This document shows, in pieces, positions 21,756-34,067 of a DNA stretch of 64,000 bases (within the stretch, counting starts at the first letter, position 1; every line of letters starts with the position of its first letter). The notes beneath the pieces were generated by a model that was given only the letters and a program-made list of their open reading frames with translations, ran no database searches and was not told the origin of the DNA. Position numbers and translations under genes: made by a program. This DNA is from the human T2T-CHM13v2.0 reference genome, Homo sapiens. The DNA lies in assembly GCF_009914755.1 (NCBI RefSeq), contig NC_060930.1; one strand, given 5' to 3'.

Positions 21756-22897
21756 ATGTGTACCTTTTGAAGAACTAAGAAACTTTTCCTGGAAATCCCT
21801 CAGCAGATGTGTCTTCATGAATCATTGGTCACACTGAGTCACATGCCTCTTCCGTGAGGTAACATCAAGGAAATGGAATGTCCACAACTGGCTTAATCAG
21901 AGTAGCTGGGAAGGGGGCAACCTTCCCCAAAGCTCATGGCCACAAAGAGTAAAATAGACAGCTGGACAAAGTTAGGTAAGATTTTGTTAGCAAATAGTGG
22001 ACATTTGTCACATTCGTGGCTGACTATATTTGAGAAATTTCCCACTTTATGAGTCCTGCCCACCAAAGAGGAAAACAGAATTCATCTTCCCAGTCAGCAG
22101 GCATGTGTGGGTACAGGTATGTCACCTGGACTCCTCCAATCAGACACACCTGCATAATGCCTGAATTCAGAACTGAGAAAAGTGTGGAATCAGGTGCCAG
22201 GCAGAATCCGTGTTTCGGTGAAGGTGGAGGAGCATTGCAGAAAGACAGTCAAGTTTTCGGAGACAGCTGAGTGGTAGCATCCTGTGCATAGCATCTGCGC
22301 TGTAGGCGGCAGCGGATGCAGGCCTCCGCTGGAGCAGCTTGGTAGGATAATTTGGGTATTGTTCCAGGTTATGTAGCCTTCAAGCCTTTATTTTCCAGCC
22401 CTCCTGGAAATTCTATGAGCTCCCTATGTTTCTCAAAAAATTCCTTTCTGGCCTAAACTAACTTGAGTGGGTTTTGTCGTTCATTACCAGGAATTCTGCA
22501 AGGAAGAAGTAGGCAAAACTGTGTCCACTACAGTAGGGGATCAGTAGATACTGGGCACTGCAGAACACCAGGGTGCCGTACGCTCTGTGGAGCACCGCAG
22601 TGTAGCATTCACAGACGATAAAGTATGAAGATGCCGCAGAAGTTATACCCCGACGCCAAAGTCGGCTTCCTTTCTGCCACTGTCTTCCTTGTGATGCCCA
22701 CTCACCAAGCTTTCCCTGGAAGTCTGCCCAGGCTCTCCCTTGAGACTTGCCACTGAATGGCTTGACCCCTGAGGGTTCCTCCCTACCCCGGCCTAATGGG
22801 TAGGTATATAACTTAATACAGTGTGGAAGTAATCATAGACCAGTCCAACCAAGCCAAGCAAAGCATAAATGTAAACGTTTTTAAAAACAAAATGCTA

Positions 22898-23364
<467 letters not shown>

Positions 23365-24775
23365 TTTTAAAACATGAAATGCTATGTATGCTTAACTTTG
23401 TATCCTCTTACATATAACCAAAAGGTAATGTACCTACCCTGCAATTAATTTAACATTTTTATCAAACAAAAAATATTATGGCAACTATGAATGATACTTT
23501 AAATAACAGAAGGAAAAACTGCACTTAAAATTCTGCTTCTCCCCCTGCCTCAACAGAACTATTTGTGCCTCTGAACATTGTGTCATTTGTATATCTCAAT
23601 GCCTCTACTTTACCCTTATATGCATTAAATGGTTACAGTATATTTTACCTAACCACTACCACCCTCACTAGATGGTTAAGAGGCTTCTGGCTTGCAAATG
23701 CTCTTATATTAATTTTGTATTAAACAGGTGTAAAAGATTATTCTTCTTTTGGATAATGCAAATCACTAAATCATATAAATATTTCTAATGGCTTTGCATT
23801 GCTATTGGCAATGTAGGTGTGGACGAGTTCCACTACACCATCACCAGCAATGGGTATTTTCTAATATTTAATAGAAGCAAAATGGAAACTTACGCTGTTT
23901 TATTCTGTAGATTTTAATGTTATTGATGGTTTCTTGTGATTGTAAAGATGCCCTCATTCAGCATTGTCATAGAATCTTCAAAGACACTGAGTGAGCACCA
24001 GGCTCATGGGTTGTAACTGTGATAAAGATGTGAACATTATCAAGAACGTTTCAGAAAGTGCCATGTGGTTTCTTCAGGAGCTGGTTTTAGGCAGAATTAA
24101 TCCTTTTAGAGGGTTATTATATTGGATTGTCCTAGTTATGTCAAAAGATGGCCTGGGGGAGGGGATTTCTTCATTTGTCTGAGCATTGCTGAACATTTAC
24201 TTTCAAATTTTCTGCTTAGTGCATAATGAAGAATGTTCACCAAATTTGTGGCAGTAAATGTAAACTGTATTCTTGACATTTGAAAAATCTGACATAGATT
24301 AATATTACAGAACTATAGCAGTTCTCTGTGACATCCCTTCCCAAAAATAGAATTGCTATTTTTTAGATAAATTATTCCTCCTTTTCCCTATTATTTTATC
24401 TGCCACAAATATAAGCAGTGACTTTAAAACAAATAGCGATTGAAAGAAATTTACATTTTGGCAAACATAACTTAATTTTGAATGCTAGGATAGGCTTTCT
24501 CACAGAAAGCCAGGGTCCTGAAAAACAGAATGTTCTTTTCTGAACTGCATTTTGAAAAGGGAAATTAATCGTAATTTTTGCTTTTCCAGGCCGTGCCATC
24601 CCCGGGGAGGACAAGAAAAAAGTAACAAAAATAATTTTTGGCTTCAAGCACCCAACAATGGAAATGCTGAAACCCATGTCCTTTAAGTCCTTTTCTTCTC
24701 CTAGCAGAGGGCCCTCTGCCTACATGGGGCACCGTGGTGGCCATTTAATGTACTCCTGCTTGGTACCCACCTCTG

Positions 24776-24794
24776 CTCTGCCCCCTGGTGGCCA
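24776..24794 (-). promoter_or_regulatory. Strong CTCF motif
   Basis: Reverse complement reads TGGCCACCAGGGGGCAGAG. The first 15 nt are identical to the canonical TGGCCACCAGGGGGCGCTA. Lies in non-repeat sequence. Confidence 0.7.
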
Positions 24795-25089
24795 CAGACA
24801 CCATTGCTGCTGCCTCAGCACAGTTTGACCTTGTTGCTGCCAAGAGCCACCTCTCCTCTCATCACTGTCCCCACTCTCCTGCCATGCCTCAGGTGGCTGC
24901 TGGCAGAAGAGCAGTGGGCTTTGTTTCTTCAGAACATCACAGCAACCACTGTCTTATCAGCTCACACCCTCAGGATCTTACTGCCCCTTTTCCCAAAAAT
25001 CTCCACTCCGGCAACCCTGGCCCTGCATCATTGAAGGACATTTAAGTGATATAACATATTGTTGCCTCAAAAAAGTTTTTTCCCTCTTC

Positions 25090-26465
25090 AACAGCTGGGA
25101 CAACTGGATAACCACATGCAAGAGAATGATGTTTGGCCACTAACCACACCATACATACAAATTAACTCAAAATGAATCAAAGACTTAAATGTAAGAGCTA
25201 AAACTTAGAACAAACAGGAGAAAATCTTCACAACCATGGATTTGGCAATGGATTCTTAGATAAGATGCCAAAAGCACAAGCAACACATGGAAAAAAAGAG
25301 ATACATTAGACTTCATCAAAATTAAAAACTCTTTTGTGCATCTAAGGACACTATCAAGAAAATAAAAAGAAAAACTACAGAATGGGAGAAAACATTTACA
25401 AACCATATACGAAAGGATCTAATATCCAGAATATTTAAGAAGTCTATGACTCCCCAACAAAAAGACAACCCAATTTAAAAATGGCCAAAGGACTCGAATT
25501 GATATTTTTCCAAGAAGATACGCAAATGACCAACACACACTTGAAAAGATGCCCAGAGCTGGACATGGTGGTATGTTCCTGTGGTCCCAGTTACTCAGGA
25601 GCTGAGGCAGGAGGATCACTTGAGCCTAGGAGTTCAAGCCTGGAGTAAACTATGATCTCACCACTACATTCCAGCCTGAGCAACACACGGAGACCTGGTC
25701 TCAAAAAAAAAAAAAGATACTCAATATTAATAGTCACTAGTGAAATGCAAACTGAAACCACCTTGAAATACTTAACACTCACTAGAAGGACTAGGACTAT
25801 AATTAAAAACACAGACAATAGCAAGTATTAGCTAGAATGGGTAGAAATTGGAATCTTCATACACTGCTGATGGGAATGTAAAATGGTGCAGCAACTGTGG
25901 AAGACAGTTTGATGGTTCCTCAGAATTTTAAACAGAATTACTATATGACCCAGTAACTCTTGGATGGAATAAAAACTTTGTCTACACAAAAACCTGTACA
26001 CAAATAGCAGCACTATTCATAATAGCTAAAAGGTGAAACAATCTGAATGCTCCATCAGCTGATGAATGGATAAACAAAATGTGGTATATCTGTGGAAAAG
26101 AGCATTACTCAGCCCTAAAAAGACAAAGGGAGTACTGATACATGCTGTAACATGGATAAGCCTTGAAAACATTATACCTAATAAAAGAAGCCAGACCCGA
26201 AAGGCCATGTATTATATGATTCCATTTATACAGAATGTTCAGAATAGGTAAATCCAGGCAGACAGAAAGCAGGTTAATGCTTGCCAGGGGCTGAGGGGAA
26301 GGAGAAATTGGAAATGGCTGCTTAATGAGTCCTTTAGGGGTGATGAAAGTGTTTCGGAACTAAATAGGGATAGTGGTTTTACAGCATTGTGAATGTACAA
26401 AATGCCACAGAACTGTGTACTTTAAAATGGTTAATTTTATGTTATGTTAATTCCATCTTAATAAA
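25090..26465 (+). mobile_element. L1MB-like 3' fragment
   Basis: ORF2 C-terminal remnants (GGGAATGTAAAATGGTGCAGC, GATGAATGGATAAACAAAATGTGG) and L1M 3'UTR. Confidence 0.75.
25556..25715 (+). mobile_element. Alu right-arm monomer
   Basis: GCTGGACATGGTGG...GGTCTCAAAAAAA. Confidence 0.8.
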
Positions 26466-26802
26466 GAGATGAAAAGTTTACAATTTGTTAAAAGGTCTCC
26501 TCCAACACTGATGCGTATTCCCCAGAACAGAAACCTTCTGTGTCAGGTCTCCCGAGGCCGGAACATCAGTCCTGGGGCCGTCTATCATTTTCTTTCAGAA
26601 ATCTCACTGGGGCCTCACGTAAATGGAACTGGGAAGGGGCAGGAAAAAAATGTCCCTTGGGCCACCGAGGTCTTACTATATAATGAAATAAATGATTCCC
26701 AAATATGCCAAAACTGGAGAGCTTATGTAACCAAGAAAACCCGTAAGGATGAATGAGCAGAACAGAAAGTCAGTGGTTTGGGGTTGGTTACATTTGTGGT
26801 TA

Positions 26803-26951
26803 AGGAAGGGCAGGGAGAGGGGAGGAGAGGACTGGGGGAGGGGAGAAAGAAAGAAGAAACAGAGAAACAGAAAAAGGAGACAGGAAGGCAGACAGGAAGG
26901 CAGGAAGGAACAAGGAAAAGAGAGAGAAAAGGAGGAGCCAAAAGAAGAGAA
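26803..26951. repeat. GA-rich low-complexity tract
   Basis: Purine-rich run with GGAAGGCA-type units. Confidence 0.8.
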
Positions 26952-29012
26952 CTCAAGATCCCTTTTCTAACTTTGAGACCCTGACAACTTTGCCTGTGGC
27001 ATCTGTCCTGCTGTGAAGGATGACTCCAAATTCAGTTTCATTTCCCCACAATGCAAGTGCATCTAAGTCCCAATTCTGTGGTTAAAGCTTGAAAAAAACG
27101 CAGAAACCCACATGTTGCATTTTATTACAGCATTAATGCCAGTAGAAGATAATGAGTAATGCTAGCACCTTTTCTCTCTACAACCTGGGCTAGGAGTGTG
27201 ACCAGCCCCAGAGAGGAGAGGAGCCTTTTACCTCTGTACTTACACAAAGGCTGCCCTCTTTGGTGTTGAGGGTGGGCTGTGTCCTCCCCATGCCAGGGTA
27301 TCACTCCCTGGCAAGGCTTTCTTGGCTAAACTGATTTCCCCACCCCTCTGCTTCCTTCCTGCACCCCTTGTCTTCACTTTCTTCTCTCAAATATCTCTCG
27401 GTACCACATAGATCCACTTATTTCACAGACCCAGAAACTGGGGCCACGAGCTCCCACGATTTCTCCCCCCATCACAAGTGGTTAGGAGCAGCAGCCGTGT
27501 GAGCACTGGTGTGAGCGGACGTGTGAGACTTCACCAGACTGCGGGTCCTTAGCCGGGAGCTCCTTCCCAATCGTTCACACCGGGCCTTGCTGCCTTTACA
27601 TCTGGGAGGCTGGTGACCCCTACAGGTGCCTGCAAAAGGAAGGAGTTTCTTGGTGCCAGAGGAAGAAATGGAGAGACTAGAAGTGAGAGTGCTAGCAGAG
27701 GTCTGTCGCTTGGCCAGGCCTGAGTGAGGGAGGTGTGCGAGGGAGGCTGAGGGCGCTCTGTTTGTGACCGGCCCTGTGAGAGTCTGGGCGGACGCGGTGC
27801 GGCTGTGCCCAGAGACAAGGGAGGCTTGGATCCAGAGAGCCCACCCCGCCACTCCCACCTCAGAGTGCCCTAGGGGAAGGACAGCAGAGCCACGCCCTCC
27901 TCAAGAAAAGGCACTTGCAGCTGCGGTAGTGAGGGGCCCTTGAGAAGGCGGGAATGGGAGGGAGAAGCGGGCTTGTTCCTGTGCACAGGTGAGGTGGCAC
28001 CGCCACAAGCACTCCCAGAAATGACTGGCAGCCTGGGGAGGCGGAGGCGAGAGGGGTCTGGGGAGGTGACTGGCGGTGGAACTGCATCCCGGCACATAAG
28101 CGTTACACTTGAGGACACTCTCACCCTGCATAGCATATACTCAAGTTCACGTTCGTTTGGTCGCTTATTCCACAGAACATCCATATGTTCCAGCTTCCAT
28201 TCTTGTGTGGAGGGCACCCAAAGGTGTGCAAGAGGGACAAGATCTCTGCTCTCTGGGTGCTCGCCTCCATACAGTTTAGCATCTCCATTCTCTTCTTGGA
28301 GTTCCCCACTCCGTGACCCAGATGGACAAGAAGTGTAATACACAGTGGAAAAAAAAAACACACACCAATAACTGAAAAAGAGTTTGGGATAGCTTTGAAA
28401 ACTTCCTGCAGAGGCATCATTAATCTTTTTTCTTGGTAAGGTTCTTGAAAGCAAGGCCTGTATGTCTGCAAAGGACCTCCTTTACCAAGTGCTTGGCGAA
28501 CATGAAATGATGCTGTTCCATTTGGGACGGGCTTTCCTCCTTGCAGACATGACCTCAGGGTGGCTCCTGGCGGGAGACCCACAAGGGGCTCTGTCTGAAG
28601 CTGCTGTAGGAGACCAGCTGGTACAAGAGGCAATCACAATGTTTTTTAGTGCAAAGCCTGGTTGGGTGCAAGGCTGCAGTGGGAGGTGGCGCATCACGTG
28701 GTGGGGAAGTGGTGGGGGTGGGGGGTGGGACCCTGCCGCCTAATTAGAGGGCCGGGGAAGGTAGGATCAGTGGAAGGCATGAGCAGCGGCAGCCAGTGGA
28801 CAGAGTGCAGCAGGGTCCTAGCAGAGCCAGGGCTCTCCACTCCCGATAGAAAATGAGCTGCTGTGGATACTGCCAGCGAGGCCAAGAACTCCTGCCTTTG
28901 AGTTTGAGCTCTCAAAATCAAAATGAAAACAGAAACATTTGTTGCTTTCCATAACCTAATAAGAATGGTGATTGACACACCACCCTTCATTTTAACACTC
29001 TCTGGGTGTGAA

Positions 29013-29046
<34 letters not shown>

Positions 29047-29612
29047 AACCAGAAAGAATAATTTCACCAAATGACTTTCAGCACTGAAATTCACTTTTCC
29101 TGGGCAGTTAAGCCAAGCTATTGGTTTTCAAGTTTCAGAGGGAAATTGTTTTATCCACACTGCATTGTGGAATAATCATCCTATTTATTTCCAGAATGAT
29201 ATTTCCTCTGCATTTTAACTTTTCACCTATAAGCCTTACAGAGATGAGATAGTAAGCAAGAGAGTGAAGAGGTTTATTTTAAACTTTTTATTTTGAGATA
29301 ATTGCAGAGGCACGTGCAGTTGTAAGAAATAATATAGAGAAATTCTAAGAGGTCCTATGTACCATTTGCCCAGTTTCTCCAATGGCAACATCTTGCCAAA
29401 CTATAGTGCAATATCATAGCCAGGATATTGATCGATAGAATCCATCACCAGATTCACATTTCCCTTGTTTGATACGTGTTGTGTGTGTATAGGGGTGTGT
29501 GTGTGTGTTTAGTTCTATGAAATATGAAACGTTTTGTGCTCTGATAAGGAAAAGTGCTTTCCAAGTACACAATGATTATCAGGACATTTTCTTTGTGGTT
29601 ATTACTTCCGCA

Positions 29613-29932
<320 letters not shown>

Positions 29933-31536
29933 TACTTCTGCATTCTTGGTAGATAAATTTGTAGACCCTATTTATGTAATATCTTCTATCTAATAACATA
30001 AAGACTTGTGTGACTGTTCTCATGTCAATGAAGATGTGTGCTTAACATCTTTAGCTTTTAAAGATCTTGCTATTAGAAGCAAGATACATTCAGCTAGATT
30101 TGGAACCTGCTAGGATTCCTTGAATATTTAAATATTTAAACCTGAAGCCGGACTCCACATTTCCTTGAATGATCACAGTTAAATCAAATTTTTCTTTTTC
30201 TCTATTTAAATTGTCCTTCTTGTCATATTGCCAAAATAATAAATTCTTGGGCTAGTAACTCAATAGCACATAAGTACATCGTTGTTGGTTGTTGTTTTTT
30301 TTAACTGAATTTGAGCGCACTAAGGAGAGGAAAAAAAAATAAGTGTCCTGGGGGACCTCCTTTTAGCCCATGGGTCCCCAGACTGCCTAGGGGGTTCCTT
30401 CTAAAGGAAACTCACTTCTGTCAACACCCAAGAGAACCAGGAGGCATGTCTCTCCCAGAGTCGCAATCCCTGGGGGTCACTGCCTTCTCTGTGGGGTGGC
30501 GCATGCAGGTCTTTCTGTACACAGGTGTTGTTAGCACAGCACAAGGGGCTTGAGGTACCAACTACTGACAGTTCAGGCTTTCTCTCCTCCTATCCCCTCT
30601 CTGTGAGTGCCTCATCTGGCCTCTTGGGACCTCTGACCACCCCGACTTTCTCCAGGACAGTAACCAGCCAGGCCACTTCTTGAACTTTATCATCTGGCTC
30701 TCCCATCTGAGCCACCTCCAAAATCTCTAACCCTCAGCCCCCTGACAACAACCTCCTCCCGTGGAATCCCAGAGCTCAGCAGTATCTTAAGGGTCATTTG
30801 GTTCAACTTCCACATCTCAAAGAAAAGACAGCTGCAGCTATTAAGTGACGTGACCACAGACACACAGCTGAGGGTGTGTGCCTGTATGACCTGGGTAAGC
30901 GAAGAAACAAAACCTCAATTTCTACGCATGTAGAATGAGGATAATAGCAGTACTTTAGGGTTGGAAGAGGAACTGATTTAAAGTGAGCAAAGCACTTTAG
31001 TGAGAGGCAGCATTTGAATTAATAAGATCTCCTGACTTTCCTTCCTCAAACTGCCTCATCTGCTCTGTTCCCGTCAGTGACCTCAGTCCTCCAGCCTCTC
31101 CCTAACCCTGCAGACCATTCCTCCTTCTCCCTTTACTTCCCCATCCAGCCTAGGCCTGTCGCCTGCCCCTTCAGACTTTGTTCTCTGGCCATCCCCAGCC
31201 CTGGTCATCCCCATACACACAATTTCTGCTCCTCCTCCTGGGCTATGGGGCATTGCTATATAAAGCCGTAAAGGGTGGGTGCTGACTGGATCCACTATGA
31301 ATTTGACCAATTGATCTTTCTCTCTCCTGTGGACTACTTCAAGGTGAATTCCTCTTTGCAGTCCTTTCCGATGGGTGCCCAGTGCTGAGTAGACATGCTT
31401 GCTGAGTATCCCATGGCAGGGACCATTCAAAACCAAGGCACAGAGGCGGAGAGATACAGCGGGTGATCAGGGAATGGCAGCAGTCTGGTTTGGCTGAACG
31501 TGTAGTGTCTATAGGAACATGGCCTCCTAAGTCCAA

Positions 31537-32506
31537 TGTGATGGTTAATACTGAGCGTCAACTTGATTGGATTGAAGGATGCAAAATATTGATCCTGGGT
31601 GTGTCTGTGAGGGTGTTGCCAAAGGAGATTAACATTTGAGTCAGTGGGCTGGGAAAGGCAGACCCACCATTAATCTGGGTGGGCACAATCTAATCAGCTG
31701 CCAGCGTGGCTAGAATACAAGCAGGCAGAAAAATGTGAAAAGGAGAGACCGGCCTAGGCTCTTAGCCTACATCTTTCTCCTGTGCTGGGTGCTTCCTGCC
31801 CTGGAACATCGGACTCCAGGTTCTTCAGTTTTGGAACTCGGATTGGCTCTCCTTGCTCCTCAGCCTGCAGACAGCCTATGGTGGGACCTTGTGATCATGT
31901 GAGTTAACACTTAATAAACTCTCCTTTATATATATATATATATATGAATATATATACACATATATATGTATATATACACATATTCATATATATACATATA
32001 TTCATATATGTATACATATATTCATATATGTACATATATTCATATATGTACATATATTCATATATATGTATATGAATATATGTATATATGTATTCCTGTA
32101 TATATGTATATATGTATTCATATTCATGTATGTATGAATTCTTATGTATTATATGTATATATATGAATATCTGTACATGCACATGTATATATGTATATGA
32201 ATATATGAATATATACATATGTATACGCATATATACATATATTCATATACGTATACGCATATATACATATATTCATATACGTATACGCATATATACATAT
32301 ATTCATATACGTATACGCATATATACATATATTCATATACGTATACGCATATATACATATATTCATATATGTATACGCATATATACATATATTCATATAT
32401 GTATACGCATATATTCATATATGTATATGCATATATACATATATTCATATATGTATATATACATATATATTCCATTAGTTCTGTCCCTCTAGAGAACCAT
32501 AATACA
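31537..32506 (+). mobile_element. MLT2A1-like (HERV-L) solo LTR with expanded internal TA-rich repeat
   Basis: TGTGATGGTTAATACTGAGCGTCAACTTGATTGGATTGAAGGATGC start and TTAGTTCTGTCCCTCTAGAGAACC..AATACA end. TSD TCCAA/CCCAA. AATAAA at 31913-31918. Confidence 0.88.
31927..32470. repeat. TA-derived compound minisatellite (18-mer and 30-mer units)
   Basis: Four perfect plus two variant copies of GTATACGCATATATACATATATTCATATAC at 32221-32400. CATATATTCATATATGTA-type units at ~31990-32070. Confidence 0.95.
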
Positions 32507-33557
32507 CCCAACAAGCTGGGCTTGAATCCTAGATTCACCACTTTCACCACCTGTATGTCGACCTGGTTAAGGGAAGAAACAAAACCTCAATTTCTATGCT
32601 TGTAGAATGAGGATAATAATAGTACTTTAGGGTTGGAAGGGAACTGATTTAAAGTGATCAAAGCACTTAGCACAGAGCCTATGACATCTAACCCCCAAAT
32701 AAGTCCTAGTTCTTAGAATAACAGAGAACTACAGACTATCATGCATATCACGGAGGATCTGAGACTTGACTTGGTGGTCAGTGGGCAGACATTGAGAGCT
32801 CCTGGGCAGAGGGGGTGGGAGGGCATATCCAGAACTGTGGTTTATGACACTCACTTTGGTTGCTGAGTGTAGAGTGAACAACACTCTTGGAGCAGGAAGG
32901 GAGTGGAGTGGGGTCAGAGGGGCCAGTTGGAGACGAGATGCAAAAAGTGCCCAAGATGGCCCGGTGATGGTGGGGGTTGGTGGGGGTGGACATGGAGGGG
33001 TACACGTCTTGGAGAGCACCATGAGTCTGCGACATGGGGTTTTTCATCTCTGGGTCATGCATAAATTAGGCTCCTCTCCATCCCTTGTGTTCTGAAAGCC
33101 AGGGTTTCTTCAGGCAGCTCTGCCTCTTGCTGGGTTGTGGCTGAGGTTCTCAGGCAGGGGAGCTCTGGCTTCACCAGGGCTGAGGTTCTCCAGGCTGGCT
33201 GTGCACACCACAGTCACCTCAGCAGCTCTAAAAGGCTGGCTCCACTCTCCCATACTCCCACCTATCCCAGGCAGCGAATCAGTTCATCTGGGTGGGTTCT
33301 GGGCCGAGATGGTGCTGAAGCTCTCCAGGTGACTCCGCTGTGCAGCCAGGATGGAGCCACAGTGAGACCAGGGACCAGGCGTCACCTGAGAGTTAGTACC
33401 AAGATAGAGCACCCTGCCTTGTGTTACACCTCCAGCTCTCTCCAGGTGGGACAAGCAACTGCCACAATCTCTTGATTCTCAGGACTACTCTCTATTACAG
33501 TATCAAGAGATTGTGACAGTTGCCCATTCAGACTGGAGAGACCTGTCACCAGACCAC

Positions 33558-34067
33558 TGTGGCGGTCTTCCAGATCTATCCAATAGCCGCTGCCCCTCCT
33601 TCCTGCTGAACAGAGATCCAGTTTGCTTCAGGTTGTGGCAGCAAAGGGCTCAAAGTGGTCTCCTCCCCCCAAAACCCGAGGGATGAGCCTTGATGGATTG
33701 AAATCAGTCACAGTAGTGGTAGCCCCATCCATCTCTGCCAGGGCCTGGTATGTGGCCATGTGACACAGCCTGGCCAATAAGATGTAAGGACAAAGTGACC
33801 AAGGGGCTTCTGGGAAATGTTTTCCTTCTCAGTGTAGAGATATACATAGAGAGGGCCCTTGCCCTTTCCCAGCTCAGTGCAGCCACCACCATCTTGTGAC
33901 CATGTGGGGAGACTTGACTGATCTTCCTTGGTCCCTGAGCTGCAGGGCCAATCCTGAAGCAGCCCAGTTCCAGTGATTGTTAAACAAAACAATAAATGTC
34001 CTTGGCGTGTAAGCTACTTTTGGTGGAATATTCTGTTATTTGCAGGCAAAAGCTTCCAAAAGATACA
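33558..34067 (+). mobile_element. Ancient ERVL/MaLR LTR (MLT1J/K/L-like)
   Basis: GGCCATGTGACACAGCCTGGCCAATAAGATG, CCATCTTGTGACCATG and terminal TTCTGTTATTTGCAG..GATACA. Subfamily uncertain. Confidence 0.55.

Noticed and set aside
27860-28743. Cluster of overlapping 130-194 aa ORFs on both strands
   Set aside because: No recognisable homology or consistent splice structure. Long ORFs are expected by chance in GC-rich sequence.
31904-32605. Several 66-134 aa Y/I/H/M-rich ORFs, and a CRISPR-like look of the 30-bp repeats
   Set aside because: These are translations of a TA-rich minisatellite. Units are head-to-tail with no unique spacers.
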